Shown here: in pieces, positions 1 to 8,378 of the stretch | Position numbering within the stretch: position 1 is the first letter of the stretch | How the letters are laid out: each line of letters starts with the position of its first letter | Source: an uncultured Clostridia bacterium | GTDB taxonomy: Bacteria > Bacillota > Clostridia > Christensenellales > Aristaeellaceae | NCBI GenBank assembly: GCA_937907055.1 | Contig: CALCTW010000134.1 | Location: forward strand, 1 to 23,417 | Reading direction: 5' to 3' | Length of the DNA: 23,417 nucleotides | Program-made: the position numbers and the translations under genes | Notes under the pieces: generated by a model | Told to the model about the DNA's origin: nothing | Seen by the model: the letters and a program-made list of their open reading frames with translations, nothing else | The model's database searches: none

Positions 1-2
1 TG

Positions 3-320
3 GAGATTATTTGGGAGAAAAGCCCGATTTCAGCAAAAGAAATCAGCTTAATTGCCGCTGAAACAATTGGATGGAATAAAAACACCACTTATACGGTAAT
101 CAAAAAGCTTGAAGCAAAAGGATTTATCAGACGGGAAGATCCGGGTTTTATTTGTACTCCGCTTGTATCTCAAAACCAAATGCAAAAAGTGGAAGCCGCC
201 TCTCTTGTCAAGAAAGTGTTTGGAGGTTCTCGCAAGGCTTTGTTTTCTGCTTTACTTGAGGATGAGCCTTTATCCGAAGAAGAAATCGATGAGCTGCGAA
301 AGCTGATAGATAACAGGTGA
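3..320 (+). CDS. BlaI/MecI/CopY-family winged-helix transcriptional repressor (5' partial, runs off the window)
   Basis: Frame 3 translates as EIIWEKSPISAKEISLIAAETIGWNKNTTYTVIKKLEAKGFIRRED...LSEEEIDELRKLIDNR*, the typical BlaI/CopY wHTH plus C-terminal dimerisation helix. The TGA stop at 318-320 overlaps the GTG start of the next gene (GTGA), and that gene is the cognate M56 peptidase. Confidence 0.85.
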   Translation, partial: EIIWEKSPISAKEISLIAAETIGWNKNTTYTVIKKLEAKGFIRREDPGFICTPLVSQNQMQKVEAASLVKKVFGGSRKALFSALLEDEPLSEEEIDELRKLIDNR

Positions 321-1240
321 GAGTAATGTTGCAGGAAGTTTTCTATTGGATATTCAATATGAGCATAACTGCCGCCTTGACAGGTGTGGTTATTATGCTC
401 GTCAGACTGATAAAGCGGATCCCGAGAAGGATTGCGGTATTTCTTTGGGTAATTCCTTTCCTGCGAATGGCGGTCCCTTTCGGATTGAACAGTCCCTACA
501 GCCTGATGTCGTTATTATCCAGAATCACCACAAAAACGATTGTTGTATACCAACCGACTGAGGACATTGCATTTTCATATATGAACAGTATAATGGCTGC
601 GAATTCATACTTTCCGATCACCTATAAGGTCAATATTTTTGAAGACATATTCAGCGTAGCCTCAGTGATATGGATAATCGTAGCTTTGTCTGTCCTTCTG
701 ATGTTAGTAGTTACTTATCTGACAACGATGTTGGAAATCAAAGATTCCACACATTTTAGAGACAATATTTATCTTTCGGAAAAGGTTGTATCTCCTGCTG
801 TATATGGAATTGTAAACCCCCAAATTATCTTACCGATGTCCTATAAAGACAGAGATATCGACCTTGTTGTTCTTCACGAAAAAACGCATATTCACAGTAT
901 TGATAATTTATGGCGAATGGTTGCGTTTGTGATCACAGCGGTGCATTGGTTTAATCCACTTTGCTGGATTTTCCTAAAATGCTTTCTCACAGATCTTGAA
1001 TTGTCCTGCGATGAGCGTGTCCTTTCAAAATTGGGAACAGACCGGGCAAAGGAATATGCACTGTCATTGTTAGAAAGTAGGCAAGGTACAACTGTATTTG
1101 CTTCTGCTTTCGGTGGAGCAAAAATACGCACAAGAATAGAAAACATACTGTCTTTTAAGAAGATGACGTGGTTCTCGCTCACGGTTTTTATTGCGCTGAT
1201 TGGTGCTATATTCTATGTCTTACTTACAAATGCAGGGTGA
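317..1240 (+). CDS. BlaR1/MecR1-like M56-family membrane zinc metallopeptidase without an extracellular penicillin-binding sensor domain
   Basis: 307 aa with several N-terminal TM helices and an HEKTH (HExxH) motif in LVVLHEKTHIHSIDNLW. It sits immediately downstream of, and is translationally coupled to, the BlaI-family gene. It ends in TGA. Confidence 0.85.
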   Translation: MRVMLQEVFYWIFNMSITAALTGVVIMLVRLIKRIPRRIAVFLWVIPFLRMAVPFGLNSPYSLMSLLSRITTKTIVVYQPTEDIAFSYMNSIMAANSYFPITYKVNIFEDIFSVASVIWIIVALSVLLMLVVTYLTTMLEIKDSTHFRDNIYLSEKVVSPAVYGIVNPQIILPMSYKDRDIDLVVLHEKTHIHSIDNLWRMVAFVITAVHWFNPLCWIFLKCFLTDLELSCDERVLSKLGTDRAKEYALSLLESRQGTTVFASAFGGAKIRTRIENILSFKKMTWFSLTVFIALIGAIFYVLLTNAG

Positions 1241-1253
1241 AAGGAAGCTGGAT

Positions 1254-2234
1254 ATGAAAAATAAATCGTTTAACAGATATTATCTGTTTTCTTGCATTGG
1301 CGTTTTGATCGCCTCTTATTATCCTTTATCAATGGGCATCCGGGTCATTACCGATATGATCACAAGCGGCACGGTTATGAAAGAAAACTATCCGAAATAT
1401 ATCATTCCGTATACCCCGATTTGCCTTGCTGTTATTGCAGCTGTTCTTCTAATGCCGGTGATTATGAAACTCCTTAAACGCTTTGCATTTATCGGAGGTT
1501 CTGTCCTGGCAATAGGAACTTTCTTCGCTCTTGAAACATTGTTTGAGCAGAAGGTTGTTGTAACAACTGCGGAAACTGTCTCAAAACTTGAAGACTGGCA
1601 AATGTTTATGTGCTATATTCCGCCGGAGTCGCTGACGACCACTTATAAAACGCAAACAGCGGTCGATATTCTCATCGGTAACTATAATCCTGCCTTTAAG
1701 ATGCACTTTTATATAATATCCGTAGTACTGATTCTTTCCATACTTAACTGTCTGTATGGTTTTGCTAAGATGATAAAGACTGGTGAAAAGAAGCGCTTAA
1801 AGTCTTTGGTGTTACAATCCGTTTGTTCCCTCTCTTTTCTCGGACTGTGTATTCTTGCCTGTTTTACGGCATTCTGGAGAGACGGAAATATTCAGGTTTC
1901 GCCTTTATCTGCAACGCTGATGACAGTATTCTTTATTCTTTTAGGCGTAACGGTTGGCGTTTTTATCGGTTCGTTCCTTTTGGGGAAGAGCAAATTCGTT
2001 TCTGTTTGGATTCCGTCGATTGCCGCTGCTTTGATGACATTCCTTATGTACATCGGCGAAATGATCCTGCTAAACCGACATTTATATAGTTTTGGCACTG
2101 GATTTATATTTGACAGCATACCCGGAATTGTGTTTGCCCCAATAGATTTACTGGTAATATTGGCAACTGCTTGCATTACAGCTTTGATATTTGGCATTCC
2201 GAATGGTTGCAAGCACATCCAAAAGGAGGAATAG
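1254..2234 (+). CDS. polytopic integral membrane protein of unknown function
   Basis: The ATG at 1254 is preceded by GAAAGGAAG 6 nt upstream (the ORF track starts earlier, at 1200, inside the previous gene). About 326 aa with roughly 8 hydrophobic helices, and the same AT-rich composition as the two upstream genes. It is the only gene in the window that ends in TAG (2232-2234). Confidence 0.7.
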   Translation: MKNKSFNRYYLFSCIGVLIASYYPLSMGIRVITDMITSGTVMKENYPKYIIPYTPICLAVIAAVLLMPVIMKLLKRFAFIGGSVLAIGTFFALETLFEQKVVVTTAETVSKLEDWQMFMCYIPPESLTTTYKTQTAVDILIGNYNPAFKMHFYIISVVLILSILNCLYGFAKMIKTGEKKRLKSLVLQSVCSLSFLGLCILACFTAFWRDGNIQVSPLSATLMTVFFILLGVTVGVFIGSFLLGKSKFVSVWIPSIAAALMTFLMYIGEMILLNRHLYSFGTGFIFDSIPGIVFAPIDLLVILATACITALIFGIPNGCKHIQKEE

Positions 2235-2238
2235 TGTG

Positions 2239-2328
2239 ATGAAGAAGACATTTTTCAATGTTAAACAGCGGTTACGCTGGCACTTTGTTTTATGCTTATA
2301 TTCTCTTTGGGCAGGTGCGCTATGAATA
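2239..2328 (+). CDS. possible small hydrophobic peptide (MKKTFFNVKQRLRWHFVLCLYSLWAGAL)
   Basis: The ATG at 2239 lies 8 nt after a strong AAGGAGG (2223-2229). The frame has 28 sense codons then TGA and lies upstream of the 2372-2421 terminator. There is no other support. Confidence 0.2.
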
Positions 2329-2371
2329 CAAGCTTCCTTTGAACGTGACTAAAGAAGAACTCCATTGTTTT

Positions 2372-2421
2372 GCCCCGCTCGGAATCAAGATTTTTCTCTT
2401 GGCTCCGGACGGGGCTTTTTT
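2372..2421 (+). terminator. rho-independent terminator candidate closing the AT-rich cassette
   Basis: GCCCCG (2372-2377) pairs with CGGGGC (2410-2415), with extra inner pairs (TCGGA/TCCGG), and is followed by TTTTTT (2416-2421). Confidence 0.5.
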
Positions 2422-2432
2422 GCGTTTATGGG

Positions 2433-2897
2433 CTATATTTTCGTAATCGGTATGACCGCCGTCTGTGGGAACCGCTCCTTTGCGGCTTGACGGACGATCC
2501 AGTCGCCTGCGGCGGCGAAGAAGAATCCACCCTTTTTATCGGCGTACACATAGCGGGTAACATCGTAATCGTCTTCACCGAGCGTGTAGTGAATCTCTCC
2601 CCAGTCGTTATTGTGGTCAGCGCAGTATTCATATACGATCTCTGTTTTCGTCTTTTTCGTGCGCCGCAGTTCTACGATGTGGATATATTCGTCAACGGCA
2701 AGATCTACAAGAATTTTGTCGTATGCCTTATGAACGATACGGTAAGCGGTATCCGGCGAAGACAGGGTATGCTGCAAGGCAAGGTCGGCGTATGCTTTTT
2801 TCTACTGGAGCAGCTTTACGGGAGAACCGTTTTCATCTTCTCCCATCTCAAAGATACCGAGACATTCTCTGCAAAAGCCGAGATGGTCGGCAATCAT
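2433..2897 (-). CDS. hypothetical protein whose reading frame contains one in-frame TAG (2804..2802)
   Basis: ATG at 2897, then MIADHLGFCRECLGIFEMGEDENGSPVKLLQ-[TAG]-KKAYADLALQHTLSSPDTAYRIVHKAYDKILVDL...IPITKI. The ORF track reports only the 3' part (2433..2777, TTG start). Both parts are in the same frame. The frame ends at a second TAG (2435..2433). If TAG is sense, the first TGA is at 2387..2385. No family was recognised. Confidence 0.45.
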
Positions 2898-3002
2898 TGA
2901 ACGTTCCCGGATACATAAGAAGAATGTTGATTTCAAAGAAAAATCGAGTATTCATAAGTCAAATCCCTTATGAATACCCGGTATGGATCGGGCGGCAATG
3001 TG

Positions 3003-3058
3003 CTTAACGCCTGCAAATCGGCGGAACGACTACTTAACGCCTGCAAATCGGCGGAACG
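3003..3058. repeat. perfect 26-nt direct repeat, two copies with a 30-nt period
   Basis: CTTAACGCCTGCAAATCGGCGGAACG occurs at 3003-3028 and again at 3033-3058, separated by ACTA. It is intergenic, about 100 nt upstream of the HAD gene promoter. Confidence 0.9.
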
Positions 3059-3157
3059 GAGGGCAGATCGGTTGCCCCGATCCCTTTCGGCGCGGACGGC
3101 GCGAGGGCTGCTGCCGGGAACGCGGGGGAGAAGGGTGTAACACTTTTTCCGCGGTGG

Positions 3158-3186
3158 TTGTGATGCCGGATGAAAAGTGGTATGAT
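3158..3186 (+). promoter_or_regulatory. sigma-70-type promoter candidate for the HAD hydrolase gene
   Basis: TTGTGA (3158-3163), a 17-nt spacer, then an extended -10 TGgTATGAT (3178-3186). The SD AAGGGGAGG (3192-3200) follows. Confidence 0.5.
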
Positions 3187-3209
3187 AGTATAAGGGGAGG
3201 TATGGACTG

Positions 3210-3977
3210 ATGATCAGGCTTGTTTGTTCCGATCTGGACGGCACGCTGCTGGAAAAGGGCGGCGTTCTGCCGGATGGTATTTTTGATGCGGTCCGCGCGC
3301 TGAAAAAGAAGGGCGTTCTGTTCGCGCCGGCTTCCGGCCGTCAGTATGATAACCTGCGCTCCCTGTTCGCGCCGGTGCGGGATGAGATCGCGTACATCTG
3401 CGAAAACGGCACGCTCACCGTGGCGGACGGGCAGAAGATGGGCTGCGGCTTTTTCCCGGAGGAGGTCGCGCGGCAGGTGATCCACGATATCCTGTCGCTG
3501 GATCTGCAGCTGCTGCTTTCCGTGCAGGATGCCTGTCTGGTGCTGGATACCGCGCCCCGCTCCTATACCGATGACATCGTTTACCGCCTGCGCAATACCA
3601 CCCGTGTCATCCATGATCCCATGATCTACGCGGGGGAGGCCATCAAGATCAGCGGCTTTGCCGCCGAAGGGCTGGGGGACCGCGCGCGGATCCTGCAGGA
3701 AAAGTGGCGTCCGGTCATGCATTGCGATGCCGTGGGCCCCTACTGGGTGGATTTTACCTACAACTGCAAGGGGGACGGCATCCGCGCCCTGTGCGATCAT
3801 TACGGCATCGCGCCGGAGGAGATCGCGGCTTTCGGCGACGCGCAGAACGACCGCTCCATGCTGGAGATGGTGGGTCATCCCTTTGTGATGGAAAGCGGCG
3901 ATCTGTCGCTGCTGAATGAGCGCGCCCGCACCAGCAAAACGGTGCTGGGCACTTTGAAGGAGCTGTTTGATCTGTAA
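3210..3977 (+). CDS. Cof-type HAD-IIB family hydrolase / sugar-phosphate phosphatase
   Basis: 255 aa. Motif I is CSDLDGTLL, motif II is APASGR and motif IV is FGDAQNDRSMLE. The length and cap architecture are typical of Cof/YidA-like phosphatases. It ends in TAA. Confidence 0.9.
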   Translation: MIRLVCSDLDGTLLEKGGVLPDGIFDAVRALKKKGVLFAPASGRQYDNLRSLFAPVRDEIAYICENGTLTVADGQKMGCGFFPEEVARQVIHDILSLDLQLLLSVQDACLVLDTAPRSYTDDIVYRLRNTTRVIHDPMIYAGEAIKISGFAAEGLGDRARILQEKWRPVMHCDAVGPYWVDFTYNCKGDGIRALCDHYGIAPEEIAAFGDAQNDRSMLEMVGHPFVMESGDLSLLNERARTSKTVLGTLKELFDL

Positions 3978-4082
3978 GCCCTTATAATACAGAAAAGAAC
4001 AGCGGTCTGTCTTCCGCGCGTTACGCGGCTTACATATTATGATTGATCATCATACGATTATTTTGAAACCGAGGCGAATCTT

Positions 4083-5486
4083 ATGCTCGAATTGAAGGAT
4101 TTTAAAAATTAGAGGATCCACATGATCGGGATTGGCGGCTCCTCCATGAGCGGTCTTTGCGAAATGCTGCTGACGGAGGGCTACACCGTGACCGGCTCGG
4201 ATAACACGCATTCCCACGCGGTGGAACGGCTGGAGGCACGCGGTGTTTCGGTCGTCATCGGCCATAAGGCGGAATCGGTGCACGGGGCCGGGCTGGTCAT
4301 CTACAGCGCCGCCATCGGCGAGGAAAACCCGGAGCGGGCGGAGGCCTTCCGGCTGGGTATTCCGCAGATGGAGCGCGCCGTGCTGCTGGGTCAGCTGATG
4401 CTGGGCCACGAGCATAATATCTGCGTTTCCGGCGCGCACGGCAAGACCACCACCTCCTCCATGATCGCGCAGGCGCTTGTGGAGGCCGGTGTCGATCCCG
4501 CCGTGCACATCGGCGGCCGTCTGGACGCCATCGGCGGCGGCAGCCTTGTGGGCTCCTCCCGCGCTTTTGTGGCGGAGGCCTGTGAGTTCCACGGCTCCTT
4601 CCTGCACATGTTCCCCACCCTCGCGGTCGTGCTGAACATCGATGAGGATCATCTGGATTATTACGGCGATATCGAGCATATCGAGGCTGCCTTCGGCGAT
4701 TTTCTGGCCCTCCTACCGGAGAACGGCATCGCGCTGGGCTGGGGCGAGGATGAGCGGATCACGCGTCTTTTCTCCCGTCTGCAGCAGAAGACCTGCACCT
4801 TTGGCCTTGCCGAAACGAATGATTTCTATCCCGCTTCGCTTTCCCTGTCCGATACCGGCTGCGGCATCTTTGATGTGATGCATGGGGGCGAAAAGCTGGC
4901 GCACATTGCCCTGTCCGTCGGCGGTGATTTTAATGTCATCAACGCGCTGGCGGCCTTTGCCGCGTGCTATCTCATCGGCGTTGAGCCGGATCAGATCGCC
5001 GCTTCCCTGTCCGCCTTCACCGGCGCGCGCCGCCGGGATGAGTTTACCGGCATGATCGACGGCGTGAAGCTGTATCACGATTACGGCCACAATCCGCCCG
5101 AAATGCGCGGCGCTATCCATGTGGCGCGCATGAAGCGTCCCACCCGCCTGTGGGCCGTCATGCAGCCCCATACCTACTCCCGTGTCAAGACTTTGTTTGA
5201 CGGTTATCTCACCTGCACCGCGGAAGCGGATATCACGCTCGTTACCGATATCTACGGCGCGCGCGAGGTGGATCCCGGCGACATCAACACGCCCATGATC
5301 ATCGAGGGCATGCGCGCGCACGGCATCCATGCCGTCCACACCCCCAACTTTGATGATACCGAGGCCTATCTGCGCGCTCACTGGCAGCCGGGCGATCTGG
5401 TGATCACGCTGGGCTGCGGCAATATCAATCTTCTCAATGAACAGATGCAGAAGCACGGTGATACCGTAAAGGAAGCAAAGGCATGA
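4083..5486 (+). CDS. murC: UDP-N-acetylmuramate--L-alanine ligase MurC, with an in-frame TAG at 4110-4112 in the N-terminal extension
   Basis: It has IGIGGSSMSGLCEMLLTEGYTVTGSD (Rossmann N-domain) and the GAHGKTTTSSMIA P-loop, in a Mur-ligase-length protein. The standard-code ORF starts at ATG 4122 (MIGIGG...). The conserved beta-1 strand RIH-M-IGIGG begins right after the TAG. An in-frame ATG at 4083 with an upstream GAGG gives MLELKDFKN-[TAG]-RIHMIGIGG. It ends in TGA, overlapping the next gene's ATG (ATGA). Confidence 0.88.
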
Positions 5487-6856
5487 GCAAGCGCTTTCTA
5501 TGCCTGATTTCCGGGCTTCTGGCCGCTTTGCTGCTTTTCGCGCCGGCGGCGTCCGCGCAGGGGGAATTCTCCTTCTGTCCCGCGTTTTTCGCGTTCGCGG
5601 ATCGCTATGACGCGGGGGAGAGCGTATCGCTCGCCCTGAGCGGCCATGTCAATAAGCTGCTCCCGTTTGAAGCAGAGGAGCTGGCTATCATCAACAGCGC
5701 GCTGGACGGGGCTTCGCTCACGCTCACTGCCGCGCGGGACGCGTCCGGCGCGTTCGCGCTTTCCCGCGGGGGGCTGCCCGTTCTTTCGTTCGCCTACCGG
5801 GATGATCTGGTGGCGGTCAATGATGAAGTATTGCTGCTTGGGCCTGTGGGGCAGGAGCAGCTCATTCCGCGGCAGCAGGCGGACCTGTGGGATTGTCTGA
5901 AGGCCATCCACGCCTCCCTGCCGCACATGGAGCAGGCGGTTTCCCTGCTTGCCCCGGTCAAGGCCGTTTCCGGCACCGTGATCAGCAATATCGGCTCCAT
6001 GCGCGAGGGGCGTGCCTACACGCTTTCCGCGGAGGCCGCGCAGCTTTTCCTGACAGGCATGTCCGCCCTGTTGCCGGAGGCATCGGGGATGGACGCGGTG
6101 AAGGAGGCGATCGCGCTTTGCAGCGCCTCCGGAGAGATCACCCTCACCTTTTATATGGATGCGCATGGGGATACGGTCTGCTGCGAGGGCGCGGGCCCGC
6201 TCCTGATCCGGGAGACGGATCACACCTTCCGCTTCCTGATCGCCATGAACGATACCGGCATCAATTGCTCCTTTACGGCATCCGCTGCTGCAGGAAAGGG
6301 GCTTTACCGCGTGGGCCTCAAGGCCAAGGTCAGCGAGGCCTCCTCCAGTCAGAAGGATCTGTCCGGTTCCGCGGAGTGGACGGTCCGCACGGATGAGGGC
6401 AAATATTCCCTCACTGGCGAAGCGGTGCTCAGCTCCCGCGCCCGCGCGGAGGGTGATACGCTGACCGGCCGTATCACCTGGACAGAGACGGACGGCGGCA
6501 CAGAGCGCGTTTATACGCTCAGGCCGGATCTGCTTTTTTCTGCGGATCAGGGGGCCGGCACGCTGTCCCTCACCCAGAAGAAGGGGGATACCACGCTCTT
6601 CAGCATGGATCTGAATGCTGTGCTGACGATGTCGCAGCCCGTGCTGCAGGACGCGCAGACGCCGAACCGCGTGGACGCGTACGCTTCCGAACGTATCGAG
6701 GACGCGCTGCTCAAGGCCTTCGCGGGGCAGATGGCCGCGCTGGATCAGCAGGATATGTATCTGCTCACCCACGCGCTCCGATCGGACGCGTGGATGGAGT
6801 CTACCACCGATCTGCAGAAGGTCTATTCCATTTTTGATTTCCAGGTGGAGGAATGA
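5483..6856 (+). CDS. secreted protein of unknown function (member 1 of a four-gene paralogous cluster)
   Basis: 457 aa with signal peptide MSKRFLCLISGLLAALLLFAPAASAQ. The start overlaps the murC stop. It ends in TGA. No family was recognised. Confidence 0.7.
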   Translation: MSKRFLCLISGLLAALLLFAPAASAQGEFSFCPAFFAFADRYDAGESVSLALSGHVNKLLPFEAEELAIINSALDGASLTLTAARDASGAFALSRGGLPVLSFAYRDDLVAVNDEVLLLGPVGQEQLIPRQQADLWDCLKAIHASLPHMEQAVSLLAPVKAVSGTVISNIGSMREGRAYTLSAEAAQLFLTGMSALLPEASGMDAVKEAIALCSASGEITLTFYMDAHGDTVCCEGAGPLLIRETDHTFRFLIAMNDTGINCSFTASAAAGKGLYRVGLKAKVSEASSSQKDLSGSAEWTVRTDEGKYSLTGEAVLSSRARAEGDTLTGRITWTETDGGTERVYTLRPDLLFSADQGAGTLSLTQKKGDTTLFSMDLNAVLTMSQPVLQDAQTPNRVDAYASERIEDALLKAFAGQMAALDQQDMYLLTHALRSDAWMESTTDLQKVYSIFDFQVEE

Positions 6857-6899
6857 TCACCCGGATTCCCGGGCTGTTGCCCGGAGAAGAGGAGGTCCT

Positions 6900-8294
6900 G
6901 TGAAAAAAGCATTCACGATCCTGCTTTGTATTTTGCTGCTCCTTCCGCTCAGCGCGGGGGCGAATGTCTATTCCCCGGTCGATTACACGATGGACCGCAA
7001 GCTCATCAGTCAGATCCGCACCGGCGGTTATGAGGGCACGGTCACGGTCGGCACACGGGGGGAAAGCATGGGCTATCCCTTTGATACCCTGTTTGCCCTG
7101 CTCCGTCCGCTGGATCAGGCTGTCATCACGTTTAACGGAACCGGAGAAAAAAATGTGGGCAACCACAATGATGTGCTGCTGACGGCAGCCCGCGGCGGTG
7201 AGGCCCTGACGGATCTGCGGCTGCAGACTTCACCGGAGCTGTGGGCGTTTTCGTCCGATACACTGCTTAAGGGACAGTTTTTCGCGTTCGATCCTTCGGC
7301 CTTCCTGACGATGTTTCTGGAACTGAATGAGATCCCCGCGGAGCTGCGCGCGTTTTTTACCGCGCGGGGCAGCGTTTTTCCGGCAGCGCTTTCCGAGTAT
7401 GAGGAGGAACTGGGGTTCTTCCTGGCGGAGTATTGCACCGTCGGCATCGAGGACGGCTGTTCCGTGCTGACGTACCGGGTGCCGGCAAAGGCGCTGATCA
7501 ACGAATGCGCGGATCTGCTTTCCCGCGTGCTCAGCAGGCCTGCCGCCCGTGCCGCGCTCTGTTCCTATCTGGAAGGGACGGGGCTGGAGGCCTTGATGAC
7601 AGCGGAAAACGCTGCCCTGCTGCCGGCTGCCGTGCGCATGCTGAAACTGAGCGGCGATCTTGTTCTCATCCGCCGTTTTGACGCCCGCGCGATGGAAATT
7701 GAGACGGAGGCGGAACTGCCGATGCCGACGGAGGGCGCGGTCTCCCGTGTCCTGATCCGGATCCGTCCGGGCGAAACCGGCACGATGCTGGATGTCACGG
7801 CAGAGTATCCGGAGGGGGATCTTGTGCGCTTCTCCTGTCTGCAGGAGCAGAACACCTGCACCGGCGTTTTCGCCGTCCGTTCCGCTGCCCGCGCGCTGGA
7901 TGAGGCCTTTGATTACAGCCTCACCCTCACCGAAAAGAACGTGAATTATGACCGCGTGGAGGATAAGGTGTCGCAGCGCTTCGGCTTCCTCCTCACACTC
8001 ACTCCGATGGAGGGCAGCCTTTCGCACAGCTTTACGGCGGAAGGACAGGTCACCCTGACCAGTCAGAAGAAAGAAGATAAGCCTACCTTCGCGGCCGGTA
8101 CCTGTGTGCTGGAGGATGAGACTACCGGCAGCGCGGTCACCTTTGACCTGAACGGAAAAACAAAGGCTGCCGCTGTGCCGGAGTTTATTGACGCGGCCGC
8201 GGTCACCCGCGCGGATCAGCTGCCGACGGAAGCGCTCCGCCAATGGCTGCAGGAGATCCTGGAGGCTTATGAGGCGGCGGTCCCTCAATTGTAA
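6900..8294 (+). CDS. secreted protein of unknown function (member 2 of the cluster)
   Basis: The GTG at 6900 is preceded by GAGGAGG (6887-6893). The signal peptide is VKKAFTILLCILLLLPLSAGA. The ORF-track start at 6834 is a TTG inside the previous gene. It ends in TAA. Confidence 0.7.
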   Translation: MKKAFTILLCILLLLPLSAGANVYSPVDYTMDRKLISQIRTGGYEGTVTVGTRGESMGYPFDTLFALLRPLDQAVITFNGTGEKNVGNHNDVLLTAARGGEALTDLRLQTSPELWAFSSDTLLKGQFFAFDPSAFLTMFLELNEIPAELRAFFTARGSVFPAALSEYEEELGFFLAEYCTVGIEDGCSVLTYRVPAKALINECADLLSRVLSRPAARAALCSYLEGTGLEALMTAENAALLPAAVRMLKLSGDLVLIRRFDARAMEIETEAELPMPTEGAVSRVLIRIRPGETGTMLDVTAEYPEGDLVRFSCLQEQNTCTGVFAVRSAARALDEAFDYSLTLTEKNVNYDRVEDKVSQRFGFLLTLTPMEGSLSHSFTAEGQVTLTSQKKEDKPTFAAGTCVLEDETTGSAVTFDLNGKTKAAAVPEFIDAAAVTRADQLPTEALRQWLQEILEAYEAAVPQL

Positions 8295-8310
8295 ATGTTA
8301 TCCCCTTTGC

Positions 8311-8339
8311 TTGACTTGTTTTCTGGTCTTATCTATAAT
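8311..8339 (+). promoter_or_regulatory. sigma-70 promoter for the 8379 gene
   Basis: TTGACT (8311-8316), a 17-nt spacer, then TATAAT (8334-8339). GGAGGT lies 8 nt before the ATG. The whole element is duplicated at 9950-9978. Confidence 0.7.
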
Positions 8340-8378
8340 ATATTTATTCCCTATACAGGAAAATGGAGGTAATCTGCA

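Noticed and set aside
109-561. ORFs 109..306(+) and 346..561(+).
   Set aside because: They are out of frame with the clearly recognisable BlaI-family and BlaR1-like reading frames that cover the same DNA.
3003-3058. The direct repeat as a possible CRISPR array.
   Set aside because: There are only two copies, separated by a 4-nt spacer. No further repeats and no cas genes are present, so this is not a CRISPR architecture.
2258-3244. ORFs 2258..2446(+), 2370..2900(+), 2723..3007(+), 2933..3244(-) and 2983..3210(+).
   Set aside because: They have no SD or start context. They span a terminator, the 26-nt repeat or promoter elements, or lie antisense to the 2433..2897 frame. Their translations are not protein-like.
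4122-5486. The conventional murC call starting at ATG 4122 (a GAGGA sits 5 nt upstream).
   Set aside because: This call is kept as the fallback but is not preferred. It removes the conserved RIH residues of the first Rossmann strand, which lie immediately upstream in frame. The same TAG-only interruption pattern recurs in three other genes.
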